IMG/VR virus record: IMGVR_UViG_3300035182_002586
Location: 464,958-528,957 of that record
Reading direction: 5' to 3' (one strand)
DNA: 64,000 bases
Part shown: positions 21,517 through 32,655 of the stretch, one piece after another
How the letters are laid out: each line of letters opens with the position of its first letter
How positions within the stretch are numbered: position 1 is the stretch's first letter
Position numbers and translations under genes: made by a program
The notes under the pieces: generated by a model
Seen by the model: the letters and a program-made list of their open reading frames with translations, nothing else
Told to the model about the DNA's origin: nothing
Databases searched by the model: none

Positions 21517-22470
21517 CTAGGACCCCTTCACCCGAAGACGGCGAATCTCCTCGATGAGCACGGGTAGATCGTCGAGAGCTTGATAGGCCGTCGCGATGTC
21601 CGCGTCGTTGTCCAGGGCGAAGCCAGGGACCCGGGCGCTGACTGCCCGCTCCGTGATGGCAGCCAGCGCTTCCTCCGAGAGCGGGACCTCCCTCGCCTTG
21701 AACCGCTCGACCTGGTAGCGACCACGAAGCTCCAGGAGGCACATCACGAGCATCTGGCAGCGAGACCCTGTGTAGTGCTCCAGCTCGTGGATGGCATCGT
21801 CCAGCGTCTCCCACCGCTTGGGGTCCGTGATGGCTTCCGCTAGCGGACGGGGCTCCCCCTCCATCGCTCTCACGATGCGCTGCGTGCGCTCCACGACGGC
21901 CGCTGCACTCGCAGGGTCGACGACCAAGGGGTGACGAATCACCACGGCGTCGAGGTTGGACGCACCCCCTTCGATGTCTTCGTCCCCGCACCCCGCCTCG
22001 CGCGCACGTGCGAGATCTTCCGAATCCGGCTCATAGTCGTCGGTGTCCGGATAGTCGGGGTAGTCGTAGTCGTCCCGGTCGTCCATGGGTCGAGAGTCCC
22101 CCTGACACTCTTCACATGCCGTCGCCTCCCACAGGTGCTTGGAGTAGACGCGACGCCCGGGCTTCCCGCACTGCTCGCACGTCTCGCCGCTCCGGTCGAT
22201 GGCCTCCTTGACGATGGCCTGGACCTCGGGCGTGCCGCCGAAAGGTTCATCGGAGATCCTCGTGGGAACCATGTTGAGGGTGGCGTACTTCTCCTTGATG
22301 TACGTGAACGACGCCCCGAGCTTCTCCGCCTTCGCCCCGAGGTCCATCAGGATGGCTTCCCACCCCTCGTCGTGGGCGAAGTGGCAGTTGCCGTAGACCG
22401 TCGGGTACGCCGCGCGCAACCGCGCCGTCATCGTTGCAAGCTGCTTCGCGGACTCTTCGTGCGTCTTCAT
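21517..22470 (-). CDS. Phage hypothetical protein (EGW...IKEKY...TCEQCGKPG) with C-terminal extension
   Basis: 317-aa ORF; GGTGTA (tacacc) upstream near 22483. Confidence 0.65.
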   Translation of the reverse strand: MKTHEESAKQLATMTARLRAAYPTVYGNCHFAHDEGWEAILMDLGAKAEKLGASFTYIKEKYATLNMVPTRISDEPFGGTPEVQAIVKEAIDRSGETCEQCGKPGRRVYSKHLWEATACEECQGDSRPMDDRDDYDYPDYPDTDDYEPDSEDLARAREAGCGDEDIEGGASNLDAVVIRHPLVVDPASAAAVVERTQRIVRAMEGEPRPLAEAITDPKRWETLDDAIHELEHYTGSRCQMLVMCLLELRGRYQVERFKAREVPLSEEALAAITERAVSARVPGFALDNDADIATAYQALDDLPVLIEEIRRLRVKGS

Positions 22471-24362
22471 CGCGTAGAGGGCTACACCGGATCAGCAGTG
22501 GAGCATTGAGGAAAGGAACACCCCGAGGACGATCCCCCACGAGAAGATGAGCAACGCCTGCTTCGTCGTGTACCCGGGAGGCTTCGGGGGGTCCGGCCAC
22601 TTCAAATCGTCGGGCGTCGGCGCGGGCGGCGGAAGCGTGTACATCGGCTTCCGTGAGGTCGGTCGAGGGTCGTATCGATCCTGGCAACGCGGACACGGGA
22701 TCACTCTCCCGCACGTGTTGCAACGGCCCTCGTCCCAGGCCATCAGCCGGGCCCACACGACTGGATGTACACGCTCACCGGGATCGCGCGACTCACCACC
22801 CACGAAGGCTCGAAGAAAAGGCTCCCCTTGGGGTCGAAGGTGTTAGGGTTCGGCCACCCCCACACGCGCGCAAGTCGTGTCGCCGCCTTCCCCATGAGCG
22901 TCCGCTCGATGTACTCGGCCAGGGTCTCCCCCGGCTGATAGCACCCGTAGAAGTCCAAGTGGCTCTCCACCACAGGCTTCAGATCGAGAGAGCGGGAAGC
23001 GTTTGACATCACAGAGGATCCTACACCGCAGGAGCCGGGAATGATGCGATCAGAGCACGCATAGCATCTTCCGCGACCTTGATCCCGTCCGCGTATACCC
23101 CACCCATGACGCGTCCGCGCACGGATTGTGTGTCGTACTTGCTGCTCCCGATGTTCCGGGTCACGTCCCAATAGGCCCACCGAACCCCGGAACCGTCGTT
23201 CAACCCCTCGCAGTTCTCGGACACCCCGATCGCCGTGAGGCTCCAACCCTGGAGGACAGTCCAGCACCCACAGAGGAACCGGCTCTCGTCCGCCATGGGG
23301 ATCCCGTAGCCTGCGGCCGCAGCACGTGCCTGTGTCTCCGCCTCTTCCCACGTCCCCGCGCTGCCTGTCAGACGGTCCCGGGGCGGGCCGTCAGGTGGGT
23401 TCACGACGTGCGGCTTCACGCTCCACTCGAAGGTCTGCCGGACGGGCACACGGCAAAGAAGCTCCTCCCACCCTCCAACCGGGAACTCCCCCATCTGCAC
23501 CCTATCGTCGTAGAGCTTCCGGAGCCAGGCGGTGTCCCGCATCGTGTGCTTGACCTCCACCTTCCCCGCCTCGTTGCGCCACGTCGTGGAGGCGTGCGTC
23601 TGCACACCCCCGGCGAGGAACGACCAAGGCTTGTCCCGACGAAGTTCCTCGGAGAGCCCGTGGATCAGCAGGCCGGCACGCGCGATGGGATGCGCGCCCC
23701 GCTCGATCCTGTCGAGATCCTGCGTCAGCTCAGTTCTATCGTGGAGACGCCAGTAGCTCACGATCCACTGGAGGAAGGATTCCCCCACCAGCATGGCCCC
23801 GTCCCGCACCGAGGTCCCACGGTAGATCGCATCTCGCACCTCGGGCGGAGCCCGGCGACGCAGCTCCAAGACCGCATCACGGTACGTCGCCGGGATGTTC
23901 TCCGTCCCGTCCGCTGTCCGGTCCATCAGCGGAGCGAGAGAGTCCTCTAGCAGCAAACGCTCGTACATCGCTTCTCCGGGTGTACCATGAGGCACATGAT
24001 GCCCCCTCCGCCCAACCCCGCACGCGTCCCCGTCTTCCTCGTTCTTGAGGGACTCGACGACAAGGGGGCCACGTACACCGTGGTGGAAGCATCCGGCTTC
24101 AAGCTCGATGGTGGCACCTGGAGCATCCGCAAGGGCTGCATGATCAACGTCGTGCAAGCCGAGAAGGTCTACCTGTCCAGGGGCGCCGCCGAAGCGCGCA
24201 TCGAGGAGCTGCGTAAGAGATGACCACCAGGGTCCAGGTCACCGTCTTCGGCGCGGCGCTCCTCGGAGCCCTGTGGTTCGGCTTCGCTGGACACCCGGTC
24301 CCCACTGCCGTCTGCATCGCCATCGCGTACTACACGAAGGAAGCACCCGTCGAGGATGAGGA

Positions 24363-24755
24363 GTGATGCGCCACTCATTCTCCTACCGCTTCACCCACCT
24401 CGTGACCGGGCCCTTCCCGTTCGAGTACTGGACCTGGACAGGCAAGTCCGGCGCTCACGCGTGGAGCCGACCCAACGCCCTGTCCGCCACGATGAAGATC
24501 GCCTTCCCGAGGCACACCATCACCGGAAGCCCCACCGACGTTCGCGCCCGCTACGATGACGCGATCGCACACCTCCCCCGAGGCGTACGGACAACGATCA
24601 CCGGGATCAGGGACAACGATAACGGCTCGATCGACCTCGGCACCATCGCCTGCGTGCAGGACGTTGATCTCACCGAGGACGAGTGCCCCTTCTGGTTCGA
24701 GCCACCGGAGCCTCAACCCCTGTGGGAGAAGCTCCTCGTGGACGACCCGTTCTAG
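24363..24755 (+). CDS. Hypothetical protein ending LWEKLLVDDPF
   Basis: RBS GAGGAG; shared C-terminal motif (see findings). Confidence 0.65.
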   Translation: MMRHSFSYRFTHLVTGPFPFEYWTWTGKSGAHAWSRPNALSATMKIAFPRHTITGSPTDVRARYDDAIAHLPRGVRTTITGIRDNDNGSIDLGTIACVQDVDLTEDECPFWFEPPEPQPLWEKLLVDDPF

Positions 24756-25261
24756 CCGACCGCGAACTGCCCCACGTGCTCGAACTCGGGCGGGGTCTCG
24801 ATCGCCACGTACTTGCCGTCGTGGAAGCGACCGTCCTCGTGGCGCTCGCCCTTGTCGTATCGGAACCAGTACTGGTCCCGATGGAAGCCGCCGTACGCGT
24901 AGCCCATCGCGAACGACTCGATCACGGCGAAGCCGTAGCTGTACTCCCACCAGAACTCGCCGCGATCACCACTGATCGCCTCGACGGCCTCGTCGAATGT
25001 CTCCAGGATCATCACGGTCCGCGTCCCACCGTAGCGCACGCTCGACGCGATCGTCGTCAGCGTGTACGCCCGCTTGCCCTTGAAGTCCGGGCTGAGCGGC
25101 TTCTCCGTGTGCCCCTCGGGCTTCAAGACCGAGTTCTCGAACGCCTTGTCGTACTCCTGCTCCGCCTCGGTCCGGACCCTCGGGTCCTGCGACAGAGCGG
25201 CCGCCACGCTCGCCAGTGCGTTGTTGCTCACAACCAGCGTCGGCTCTTCCTTCTCGCTCAT
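24752..25261 (-). CDS. Hypothetical protein
   Basis: 169-aa ORF; GGTGTA upstream (tacacc about 25272). Confidence 0.65.
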   Translation of the reverse strand: MSEKEEPTLVVSNNALASVAAALSQDPRVRTEAEQEYDKAFENSVLKPEGHTEKPLSPDFKGKRAYTLTTIASSVRYGGTRTVMILETFDEAVEAISGDRGEFWWEYSYGFAVIESFAMGYAYGGFHRDQYWFRYDKGERHEDGRFHDGKYVAIETPPEFEHVGQFAVG

Positions 25262-26047
25262 GGGGGTCCTTGTACACCGCTGGATGGATCACCCCACCCC
25301 CCGCGCTGTAGAGAGGACATGGGAAACGAAATCGTCTACATCAAGCTCCCCCCGCCCGAGAGCCCTCTCGGGGGGCTCACCGGCTTCACGTCCAAGGTCC
25401 TCGAACGCAAGAAGGGCCACGTCCTCGTGGACTACCCCCTCTCGTTCGGACACTGCACCCACCAGTGGGTCCCCGAAGCGTGGGTCGCCTGGACGCTCCC
25501 GAGCTGACATATGGAAACCCCGCAACGCCCCGCTCTCCTGGTCACCGTCGACGAAGCCTCCCACACGATGCGCCGCGTCGAGAAGTCGTCGTTCCTCCGG
25601 GATCAAGGGGTCACGGTCTACACCGTCCCCTCGGAGACCCCCATCTACGTGGACGAGCGCAAGGTCCCGGCCGTGGTGCTCATGGTCCGCGCAGAGACGG
25701 ACTACCTCGTCGGCGTGGGCGTCGGGTTCGTGACGCTCCTCGTTGAGGGCCTCCGCTGATTTCGGATGGATCGGTTCCCCCTCGCGCTGTAGAGGGGACA
25801 TGACCACGACGACCGCCCCCGCCATCGACGCGATGCTCGAAGTTCTCCTGACCGCGTGGGCGCTGTCGCAGGTCAAGGGCCCGGCCCCGAAGCTGAACGT
25901 GGCCTTCCCGCCCCGCCTCCAGTCGGCCCTCCGCAAGGCCCGCAAGCTCGAATACGTAACCGTCGACGATGCCGGCGTCTACCTCGACGAACTCGGCTGC
26001 CTCTACCTCGCCGAACACGGCAACCCCCAGATCTGAGGAAGTCACCA

Positions 26048-26343
26048 TGGAACGCACCACCGACCTCGACGTCATCCGCAAGCACCGCGCCCGCTTCACG
26101 TGGGGCAGCGTCCAGGAAATCCACGACATCGGCCCCTACACGATCGTCGAGTACATCTCCCGCAACCGAGACAAGGAAGACGAGACCTGCTTCCACGTCT
26201 ACGTCGACGGCAAGAACACCAGCTCGTCGACCTCGACGCTCGAAGGCGCCATGATCCTCGCCATCGCCCACAAGCACCTGGAGGTCAACGAGGCTCGCTA
26301 CATGGCGATGGCCGCCTGCAAGATCCTCGGCGTCAAGGAGTAG
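26048..26343 (+). CDS. Conserved-looking phage hypothetical protein (WG...IGPYTIVEY...FHVYVDGK)
   Basis: ATG after GAGGAAG. Confidence 0.65.
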
Positions 26344-26874
26344 GTGACCCCATGCCCGACAGGTCCCTGATCCGCGCGCTGCTCCTGGTCGCGTACCACC
26401 TCACCCGCTGCTTGCTGGTTGCGGTGGCCCTGCTGCCGCTCGTCGGCTTCATCTGGTTCCTCGGGCTGTTCTTCGAGTGGGCGCCACAGGAAGGGGCGTA
26501 GCGATGTCCACGAACACGTTCCCCAACTGGCTGGCCCTCATGGAGACCTGGTTGTGGGTCCACCACAAGGGTCAGCCCGCCGTCATCTTCTCCTACCCCA
26601 TCGCCGGTCCTGATCCTGGCTTCGCCGATCGAGTCAAGCGACTGCAAGAACGCTTCGGCGCGGACTTCCCGAGTCTCGTTGGCGCCGAGTTCGCTGTCCT
26701 CGTGTGCCCCACCTTCGAGGAAGCGGGCCGCATCCTGCGCGAGACCCCCGAGAACGACCCCTACACCCTCGTGTGGGACGGGAACAAGATCACGGGCCAC
26801 CACTGAAACCGGATGGATCGGCCCGTACCTCGCGGTGTAACTAAGGCAGGTCGCGCATCCACACGAGGTTACCC

Positions 26875-27540
26875 ATGAACGTGTCTGTTCTTCGCCCCGA
26901 GGTGTCGAAGGTCGCCGTGAAGGTCGCGCTGCAAGGCGTCGCAGCGGAGGGCTTCAAGTACGACGCCCATCTGGTCGATCTCGTGCGCCGGAACACGACC
27001 ATGCGCGGCCGGCAGGTGCAGTTCGGGCTCGACGCTCTCCGCCGTACGACCCGTTGGGCGCAAGTCGCCACGGGGATGAGCACGATCTTCGAGGAGGGGG
27101 TCAGCTCTCAGGACGCGCGTGACCGCTTCGAGGCCATCCGCGAACGCCCGAACTACTACTTCATGGTGACGAACTACCTCGGGCGCCAGGCGACCAAGAA
27201 GGGAACCACCGCCCCGAACGAGAAGCTCCTGACGGCCGAGCAGGCGTGCACGATCCTCGGCCTCAAGTGGGGCATGTGGAAGAAGCGCATGTGGCGGTTC
27301 CACAAGGGGGAGCCCAACACCTACAAGAAGGACGACCGCCGCCGCTTCACCGGTTGGATGCCCACGCCAGTGGAAGGGGCCTACCTCTCCAAGAAGGCGC
27401 TGTTCACGGCCGCCGACATCGCCAGGGTTCAGCGCCTCCATGGAGGTAAGGATCCGACTGTCGAGGTGAAGGTGACGCCGGAGAACGATGTCGAACCCGC
27501 CCCCAAGGCTTGGCCGCGCGCGGCGCGAGGAGGCCGGTGA
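26875..27540 (+). CDS. Hypothetical protein with C-terminal excisionase/MerR-like HTH
   Basis: LLTAEQACTILGLKWGMWKKRM pattern; class I motif at 26812. Confidence 0.5.
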   Translation: MNVSVLRPEVSKVAVKVALQGVAAEGFKYDAHLVDLVRRNTTMRGRQVQFGLDALRRTTRWAQVATGMSTIFEEGVSSQDARDRFEAIRERPNYYFMVTNYLGRQATKKGTTAPNEKLLTAEQACTILGLKWGMWKKRMWRFHKGEPNTYKKDDRRRFTGWMPTPVEGAYLSKKALFTAADIARVQRLHGGKDPTVEVKVTPENDVEPAPKAWPRAARGGR

Positions 27541-28229
27541 TGAAAAGCCCCCGTCCGCGTCTCCACCTGAAGGACGACGACTTCCGCGCCCTTCGCCACA
27601 TGGCCATCGACACGGACCGCACGGTCGGTGACCTGGTGGCCGAAGCGATCCAGCTTCTCTTCAAGCACCACAACTACGTGTGGGGGCAGACGAAACCTGA
27701 GAAAACGACCACACCCGCGAGCTGCGGCTCGACCCCGAAGAAGGGAGTTCGACCGATCGGCCGCCCGCGTCGGGCCCTCAACACCCCTCCGGAAGGGATC
27801 GAAGTCGAGCGCGTCCGACTCGGGTTGTCGAAACGCGAACACGCGAAGAAGATCGGGATCCCGATCGCAACGTACCTGGCCGCAGTGCAACGCGAAAGTG
27901 TAACGCCTGTGGTCACCGAGAAGCCCAACAAGGCTCCGGTCACCGAGAAGCCCAACAAGGCTCCGGTCACCGGAATCTCCCTGGAGACGTTCGCGAAGCG
28001 ACGTGGCGTGCCCGTGTCGCAGATCGTCAAAGAGGGCCCGGACGCGCCGCTCAAGATTCGGTCGAAGACGACGGGACGGTGCCTCACGACGAAGGGTGAG
28101 TGGGCAGACCTTCATCGCAGGACCATCGTGCTGACGACGGCGCAAGAAGCCGAGGAGTTCGTGAAGAGCGTCTTCGGGGAGTTGAGTGGTACGTCGGACG
28201 TGGAGATCGTTCCGGTCTACGCCAACTGA
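27540..28229 (+). CDS. Putative transcriptional regulator: N-terminal RHH plus Xre-like HTH
   Basis: LHLKDDDFRALRHMAIDTDRTVGDLVAEAI (RHH-like); IEVERVRLGLSKREHAKKIGIPIATY (HTH-like). Confidence 0.6.
   Translation: MKSPRPRLHLKDDDFRALRHMAIDTDRTVGDLVAEAIQLLFKHHNYVWGQTKPEKTTTPASCGSTPKKGVRPIGRPRRALNTPPEGIEVERVRLGLSKREHAKKIGIPIATYLAAVQRESVTPVVTEKPNKAPVTEKPNKAPVTGISLETFAKRRGVPVSQIVKEGPDAPLKIRSKTTGRCLTTKGEWADLHRRTIVLTTAQEAEEFVKSVFGELSGTSDVEIVPVYAN
27911..27972 (+). repeat. In-frame 27-nt tandem duplication (VTEKPNKAP x2)
   Basis: ggtcaccgagaagcccaacaaggctcc twice plus an 8-nt partial copy. Confidence 0.95.
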
Positions 28230-28605
28230 TCGGATGGATCGCCACCGACTCACGCTGTAGTAGGAACATGACCCCCGAAACCGCCCGCGCTGCCGTCGCC
28301 CTCTTCGTCAAGGCCGCCGAGACCCGCCTCTGCCACGAACCCGACGAGGAGACCCGCGAGATCGAAGGCAAGAGCATGATGCGCATCAGCGCAATGCTCG
28401 TCCCGTACAACAAGGCGAAGGTCGACCGTCTCTACGTGTGGCTGACCGACGAAACCATCACGGTCCAGGTCGCCGGCCAGACCCCTTCCCCCGAAGGCGC
28501 CGAGTACGGCTTCACCTCGGTCTCGGCCAAGGCCGAGACCAACGCCCAGTTCGACGCCGCCGGGCTCTGCCAGTTCTTCCTCGCCCTCGCCAAGGGGATG
28601 CGCTG

Positions 28606-28926
28606 ATGCCCGCCGAGATCCGCATCGTATACAAGCGCCCGGGTTGCCTCGCGGACGTGCAGTTCGTCGAGAACTCCCTCCAGGGGTTCCGCGCCCTGCT
28701 CGACGGCGGACACATCGAGTTCATCCGCCTCCGCGAGTACGGCCAGGGCATCCACGGGTACGCGGACGAGGAAGGACGCCTCAAGGACCTGCCCTACAAC
28801 CTCGACGTGGACGGCGAGCCCATCGTCGGCCCCATCTTCTTCTCGAAGGGTGACGGCGAAGGGGAAGACATCGGCTTCGAGGATGTCGAGGAAGCGTTCG
28901 CCCTCTGCCGCTTCCTCAACGCCTGA
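28606..28926 (+). CDS. DUF3846 family protein
   Basis: ENSLQGFRALLDGGHIE...ADEEGRLKDLPYN...IVGPIFF. Confidence 0.8.
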   Translation: MPAEIRIVYKRPGCLADVQFVENSLQGFRALLDGGHIEFIRLREYGQGIHGYADEEGRLKDLPYNLDVDGEPIVGPIFFSKGDGEGEDIGFEDVEEAFALCRFLNA

Positions 28927-29734
28927 TGGATCGCTCCGTCCCTCATGCTGTAGAGGAAGGGGATAAACCAGGAGGTGTGCTGTGGGAGGAAAAACCGTAG
29001 GAGACTGGGGCCAGGCACACAGCCGAGCACGCAACGCGCGAGAGTCCAACGACACCAAGGTCGAAGCCGCCCTTCGGGAGAAACGGGACGCCGAACGCTC
29101 CGTTGCTCTGATGCACATCAAGTGGATCCTCGAATCCCCCTACGTGACCGATCCGGCGTGGGTCATCAGGATTCGTACGAACCTCTTGGAGAACCCAACC
29201 CTGGTACCAGCCCGGAGGGAGCAAGTCGCCCTCGAACGCCTCTTGTTTTCGTTGCACCTCCGGGATTTGAACGGAGGCGAGAGCAAGCCGCGTTCCCCCG
29301 AAGAGGTCGAAGCTGCTAGGGCGAAACGCCGCGCTCTCGTCGCTGCCGTGCAAGAGAGGGGCAAGTTTCGAGAGAAGATCAATCAAGCCGCCTTCCGCCC
29401 ACAAGGGGAGCCACCGCCCAAACCACCCCGCAAAGTCTCTGTGGGTGACTACTGACGGATCGCACCACCCCCAGCAGTGTTACCTGTGAGGAGAACCCCC
29501 GATGCTGACCGTAGGGATGCGCGTGATCTATGAGCAGCCGGGCCACCGCCGGGAGACCGGCGTGCTGCTTCGCCTCATGGGAACAATGAGTTGCGAGATT
29601 CGCACGGACCGCTGCGCCTCTGACCCCAAGGGATGGCCGATCCCTTGGAGGACGCTCACCCTCAACGTCAACCGCGCCTTCGTGAGGCCGGAAGCGTCGA
29701 ACTACCCGAAGGCAGGGTAGGCGGAGATCGAACC

Positions 29735-30568
29735 ATGAAACCGACTTTGAACCTACCCTCGCTAGCGGCCGCTCTGCGCATTCACCCCACACACGCTGCT
29801 CACCTTGTGAGGGCGATGAGGGCGATGAGGGCGGGAACAAGTCAAGTGGCTGCCCTCGCCGACGAGATCGAGAGGGTGGCGCAACGCCGGAGTCCGCGGG
29901 AATCGATCAGCGTAACGCCTCCGCGACCAACAAGGGGACCCGAAGAACGGGAGTGGCGCCGACTGTACGCGCGTACGAGTGAGGCCCGAAGTAACAACCT
30001 TACCCGCAAGGCCGCCGCTGCCATGCGGTTTGACTACAACGACGGCGACTCGCAATACGAAGCGTTCTGCAAGCGTTTCGGCTACGGTTCAACCGAAGAG
30101 GTGTTCCGCGCCGCTATTCGCCCGTGGGAGATCGGTTGGCGCGGTGTGGAAGTCGGAAATGTCCGGTTCGGCAAGCTGGAAAAACCACTGAGCCCGACGA
30201 TGCCCCCGTCTCGTCGATCCAATACACCCGTCGACTTCTACCGGTTGCTGTACCTCACGAAGCCGGTAGGTGTCTCGTTCGACGACATGTACGGTCAGTC
30301 GATCTGTGGGTTCACGAGCCCGTGCCGTCGTTTCGCTATGGCCTTCTACTTCCACAAGTATGAGCTTGCAGCCTACCAATACGTCCGCAAAGACCTTGCT
30401 GTACGTACGCGTGAACTGCGCGGGCAGTTCATCATTCAGTCTGGTATCCCGGGCGTCGACAATGGTGTCAATACGAACGACGTCGACGCGAAACGATGGT
30501 TCCGAATGGTAGCTACCGCTATGCGCCGAAAGTGGAAGGTCTACCCGGGTAACAACTTCGACATATAA
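29735..30568 (+). CDS. Hypothetical protein of atypical (lower GC) composition
   Basis: ATG 29735 within track ORF 29633..30568; T/A-ending codons visibly more frequent. Confidence 0.55.
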   Translation: MKPTLNLPSLAAALRIHPTHAAHLVRAMRAMRAGTSQVAALADEIERVAQRRSPRESISVTPPRPTRGPEEREWRRLYARTSEARSNNLTRKAAAAMRFDYNDGDSQYEAFCKRFGYGSTEEVFRAAIRPWEIGWRGVEVGNVRFGKLEKPLSPTMPPSRRSNTPVDFYRLLYLTKPVGVSFDDMYGQSICGFTSPCRRFAMAFYFHKYELAAYQYVRKDLAVRTRELRGQFIIQSGIPGVDNGVNTNDVDAKRWFRMVATAMRRKWKVYPGNNFDI

Positions 30569-30667
30569 CCGCGAACTGATCGAGGCCCAAAGGAAGTGAC
30601 GATGTGAACAGGTGCACCGCTGCACCGCAATCACTTCAAGTGCCTGTCGCCGAACGAGAGCTGAAAC

Positions 30668-31000
30668 ATGAGCCTAGCCCGCCACTGGATCATCCCCGGA
30701 GAAGTCACGCAAGAGGAGTTCGACTTCCTCGCGCACAGGCTAGGCGTCGTCTTCCCCGACCTCGGCGGGAAGTTCGAGCGCAACGCCCTCCAGAAGATGG
30801 TATGGGAAGTCGACCTCGACGAAGAGGACGCTCGGCGTGGTCACAACCTGAGCCGGGAGGTGAAGGTCGACCTCACGGTCCGACTGCGCAACAGCGCGCT
30901 CGCGAACCTCGTCGCCTACCGGAACCGGACGCCCGGAGCCATCCCGAAGGCCGAGCACATCACCCTGTGGGATCGCATCCTCAAGGACGACGGACTCTAG
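30668..31000 (+). CDS. Hypothetical protein ending LWDRILKDDGL
   Basis: 110-aa ORF; shared C-terminal motif. Confidence 0.65.
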   Translation: MSLARHWIIPGEVTQEEFDFLAHRLGVVFPDLGGKFERNALQKMVWEVDLDEEDARRGHNLSREVKVDLTVRLRNSALANLVAYRNRTPGAIPKAEHITLWDRILKDDGL

Positions 31001-31642
31001 TAGGGGTTCTCCTCCATCAGGAGCGCCTCGTAGACGTCCGCCACGTCGCCGCGCGGACTCGGCCTCTCCATCGACGCCTCGCGCTCCATGGACATTTGGT
31101 TCAACCACCCGACCCTCATGGCACCGAGAATCTGAGGGCAGGTGAAGTCTCGATCCTTGCAGTAGACCCGGCCGGCATCGTCCACCCAGACGACCTCCCC
31201 GATGTCGATGTGGAACTTGACCTTCCCCGCCACCACATCGAAGGGACGCGCCGCGACGTAGCAATGCATGCGGCCGCCCCTACACCGCGAGGTCAGAGAA
31301 GGGGCCGGATCTTCTCCACCGTCTCCGCGTACGCCAGCGAGACCGGCTGCTCGTCCTCGTCATCACCCCACGTGCGGCCCACCTTCGAGTGAGCCTCGCA
31401 GGCGAAGTACATGTCCCCCGCGTAGTCCACGCAACGCTTGGTGGCCGTCTCCGAGCACTGGTAGCACAGGGGAAGCTGACCGAGGAGCGTCTTGACCAGA
31501 CCGCGAAGCTCGCCGTCGTCACACATGGGGTTCTTTCCTAGCACGGGAGACGAACCGAGTCTCACAAGATACCAAGCGGCGCGAAGCGCCGCGCCCGGGG
31601 GTAAAGTCGATTTTTCAACCCCGGCCCACGATACCCGGCAAA

Positions 31643-32341
31643 TCAGGCCAGTGCGTCCCACAGGGCCGAAAGACGCCGCATCTCGGCCCCTATCTCCCCG
31701 AGCGCCTTCTTCACGTACGGCGCCATGTGCTTCGCGATGATCGCCGAGTGACGCTCCAGGTGCTTGTCCCGGCCCGCCACGTCCTTCGGGCACTCCCCCA
31801 TCGCCCGGATCTCCTGACGCATCGCCTCCAACACGTCCTCCGGAGTCCCCGGAGCGAACGCCAGCTCCCGCGCCACCGGAGCGCTCAGACGCTCCCGGCC
31901 CATGCGGACCCCGTGCACGTCGTACGCGCACCAGCGGACGCCCTTCGGCAGCTTGTCCGCCTCCTTGTGACTCCCCACCACGATGACCGGCCACGCCTCG
32001 TACCCGTCGTAGACCGTGTACGGCACCGGCATCTGGAACGTGTGGCCCTTCACCACGTCGCGGCTGAACCGCCTCTTCGTCGACCCTACCCGGATCGCCA
32101 TCCACCGGAGCGCCGTGTACGTGTACTCGCGCTCCATCCCGTGCAGGTGCGAAGCGTAGTCGAACCCGATCAGACGTTTGCCCCGGTCGTAGGACAGGTC
32201 CTCCGACGGGTCGCCCGCCGACCGGAACCCGCCCGGCTTGCCCTTCACCTCGGGCCAGCCCCGGAAGTTCGCCTGCATGAAGGCGACCATCTTCCGCTGC
32301 GCCGCCTCGGACTTCGTACGGATCGCGATGCTGTAACCCAT
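31643..32341 (-). CDS. Hypothetical protein
   Basis: 232-aa ORF; GGTGTA upstream (tacacc about 32353). Confidence 0.65.
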   Translation of the reverse strand: MGYSIAIRTKSEAAQRKMVAFMQANFRGWPEVKGKPGGFRSAGDPSEDLSYDRGKRLIGFDYASHLHGMEREYTYTALRWMAIRVGSTKRRFSRDVVKGHTFQMPVPYTVYDGYEAWPVIVVGSHKEADKLPKGVRWCAYDVHGVRMGRERLSAPVARELAFAPGTPEDVLEAMRQEIRAMGECPKDVAGRDKHLERHSAIIAKHMAPYVKKALGEIGAEMRRLSALWDALA

Positions 32342-32655
32342 GGAATGGGTCGTACACCAAGCTCGACCCCTTGCCCAGATGTCCTATGATCCGAACATGG
32401 GCTACGACGTCTGGATCGAAGCCACCCTCCACGGACGAAAGGGACGGGCCACGCGCACCGGCAGACCCGCCACCCACTCGTGGGACGAATGGCTCTTCGT
32501 CCCGGACGAGCCCAAGGACGAGATCGATCACGACCACCCCAAGCAGGGGGACGCAGGGTTCGAGCTGCACGGCACGGTCGTCGGCCCGCCCCCCTGGTGG
32601 AAGTACCACGGGATCAAGCCCCTCCTGTAGCGCCCCGGTGTACCGTCACCACCCG

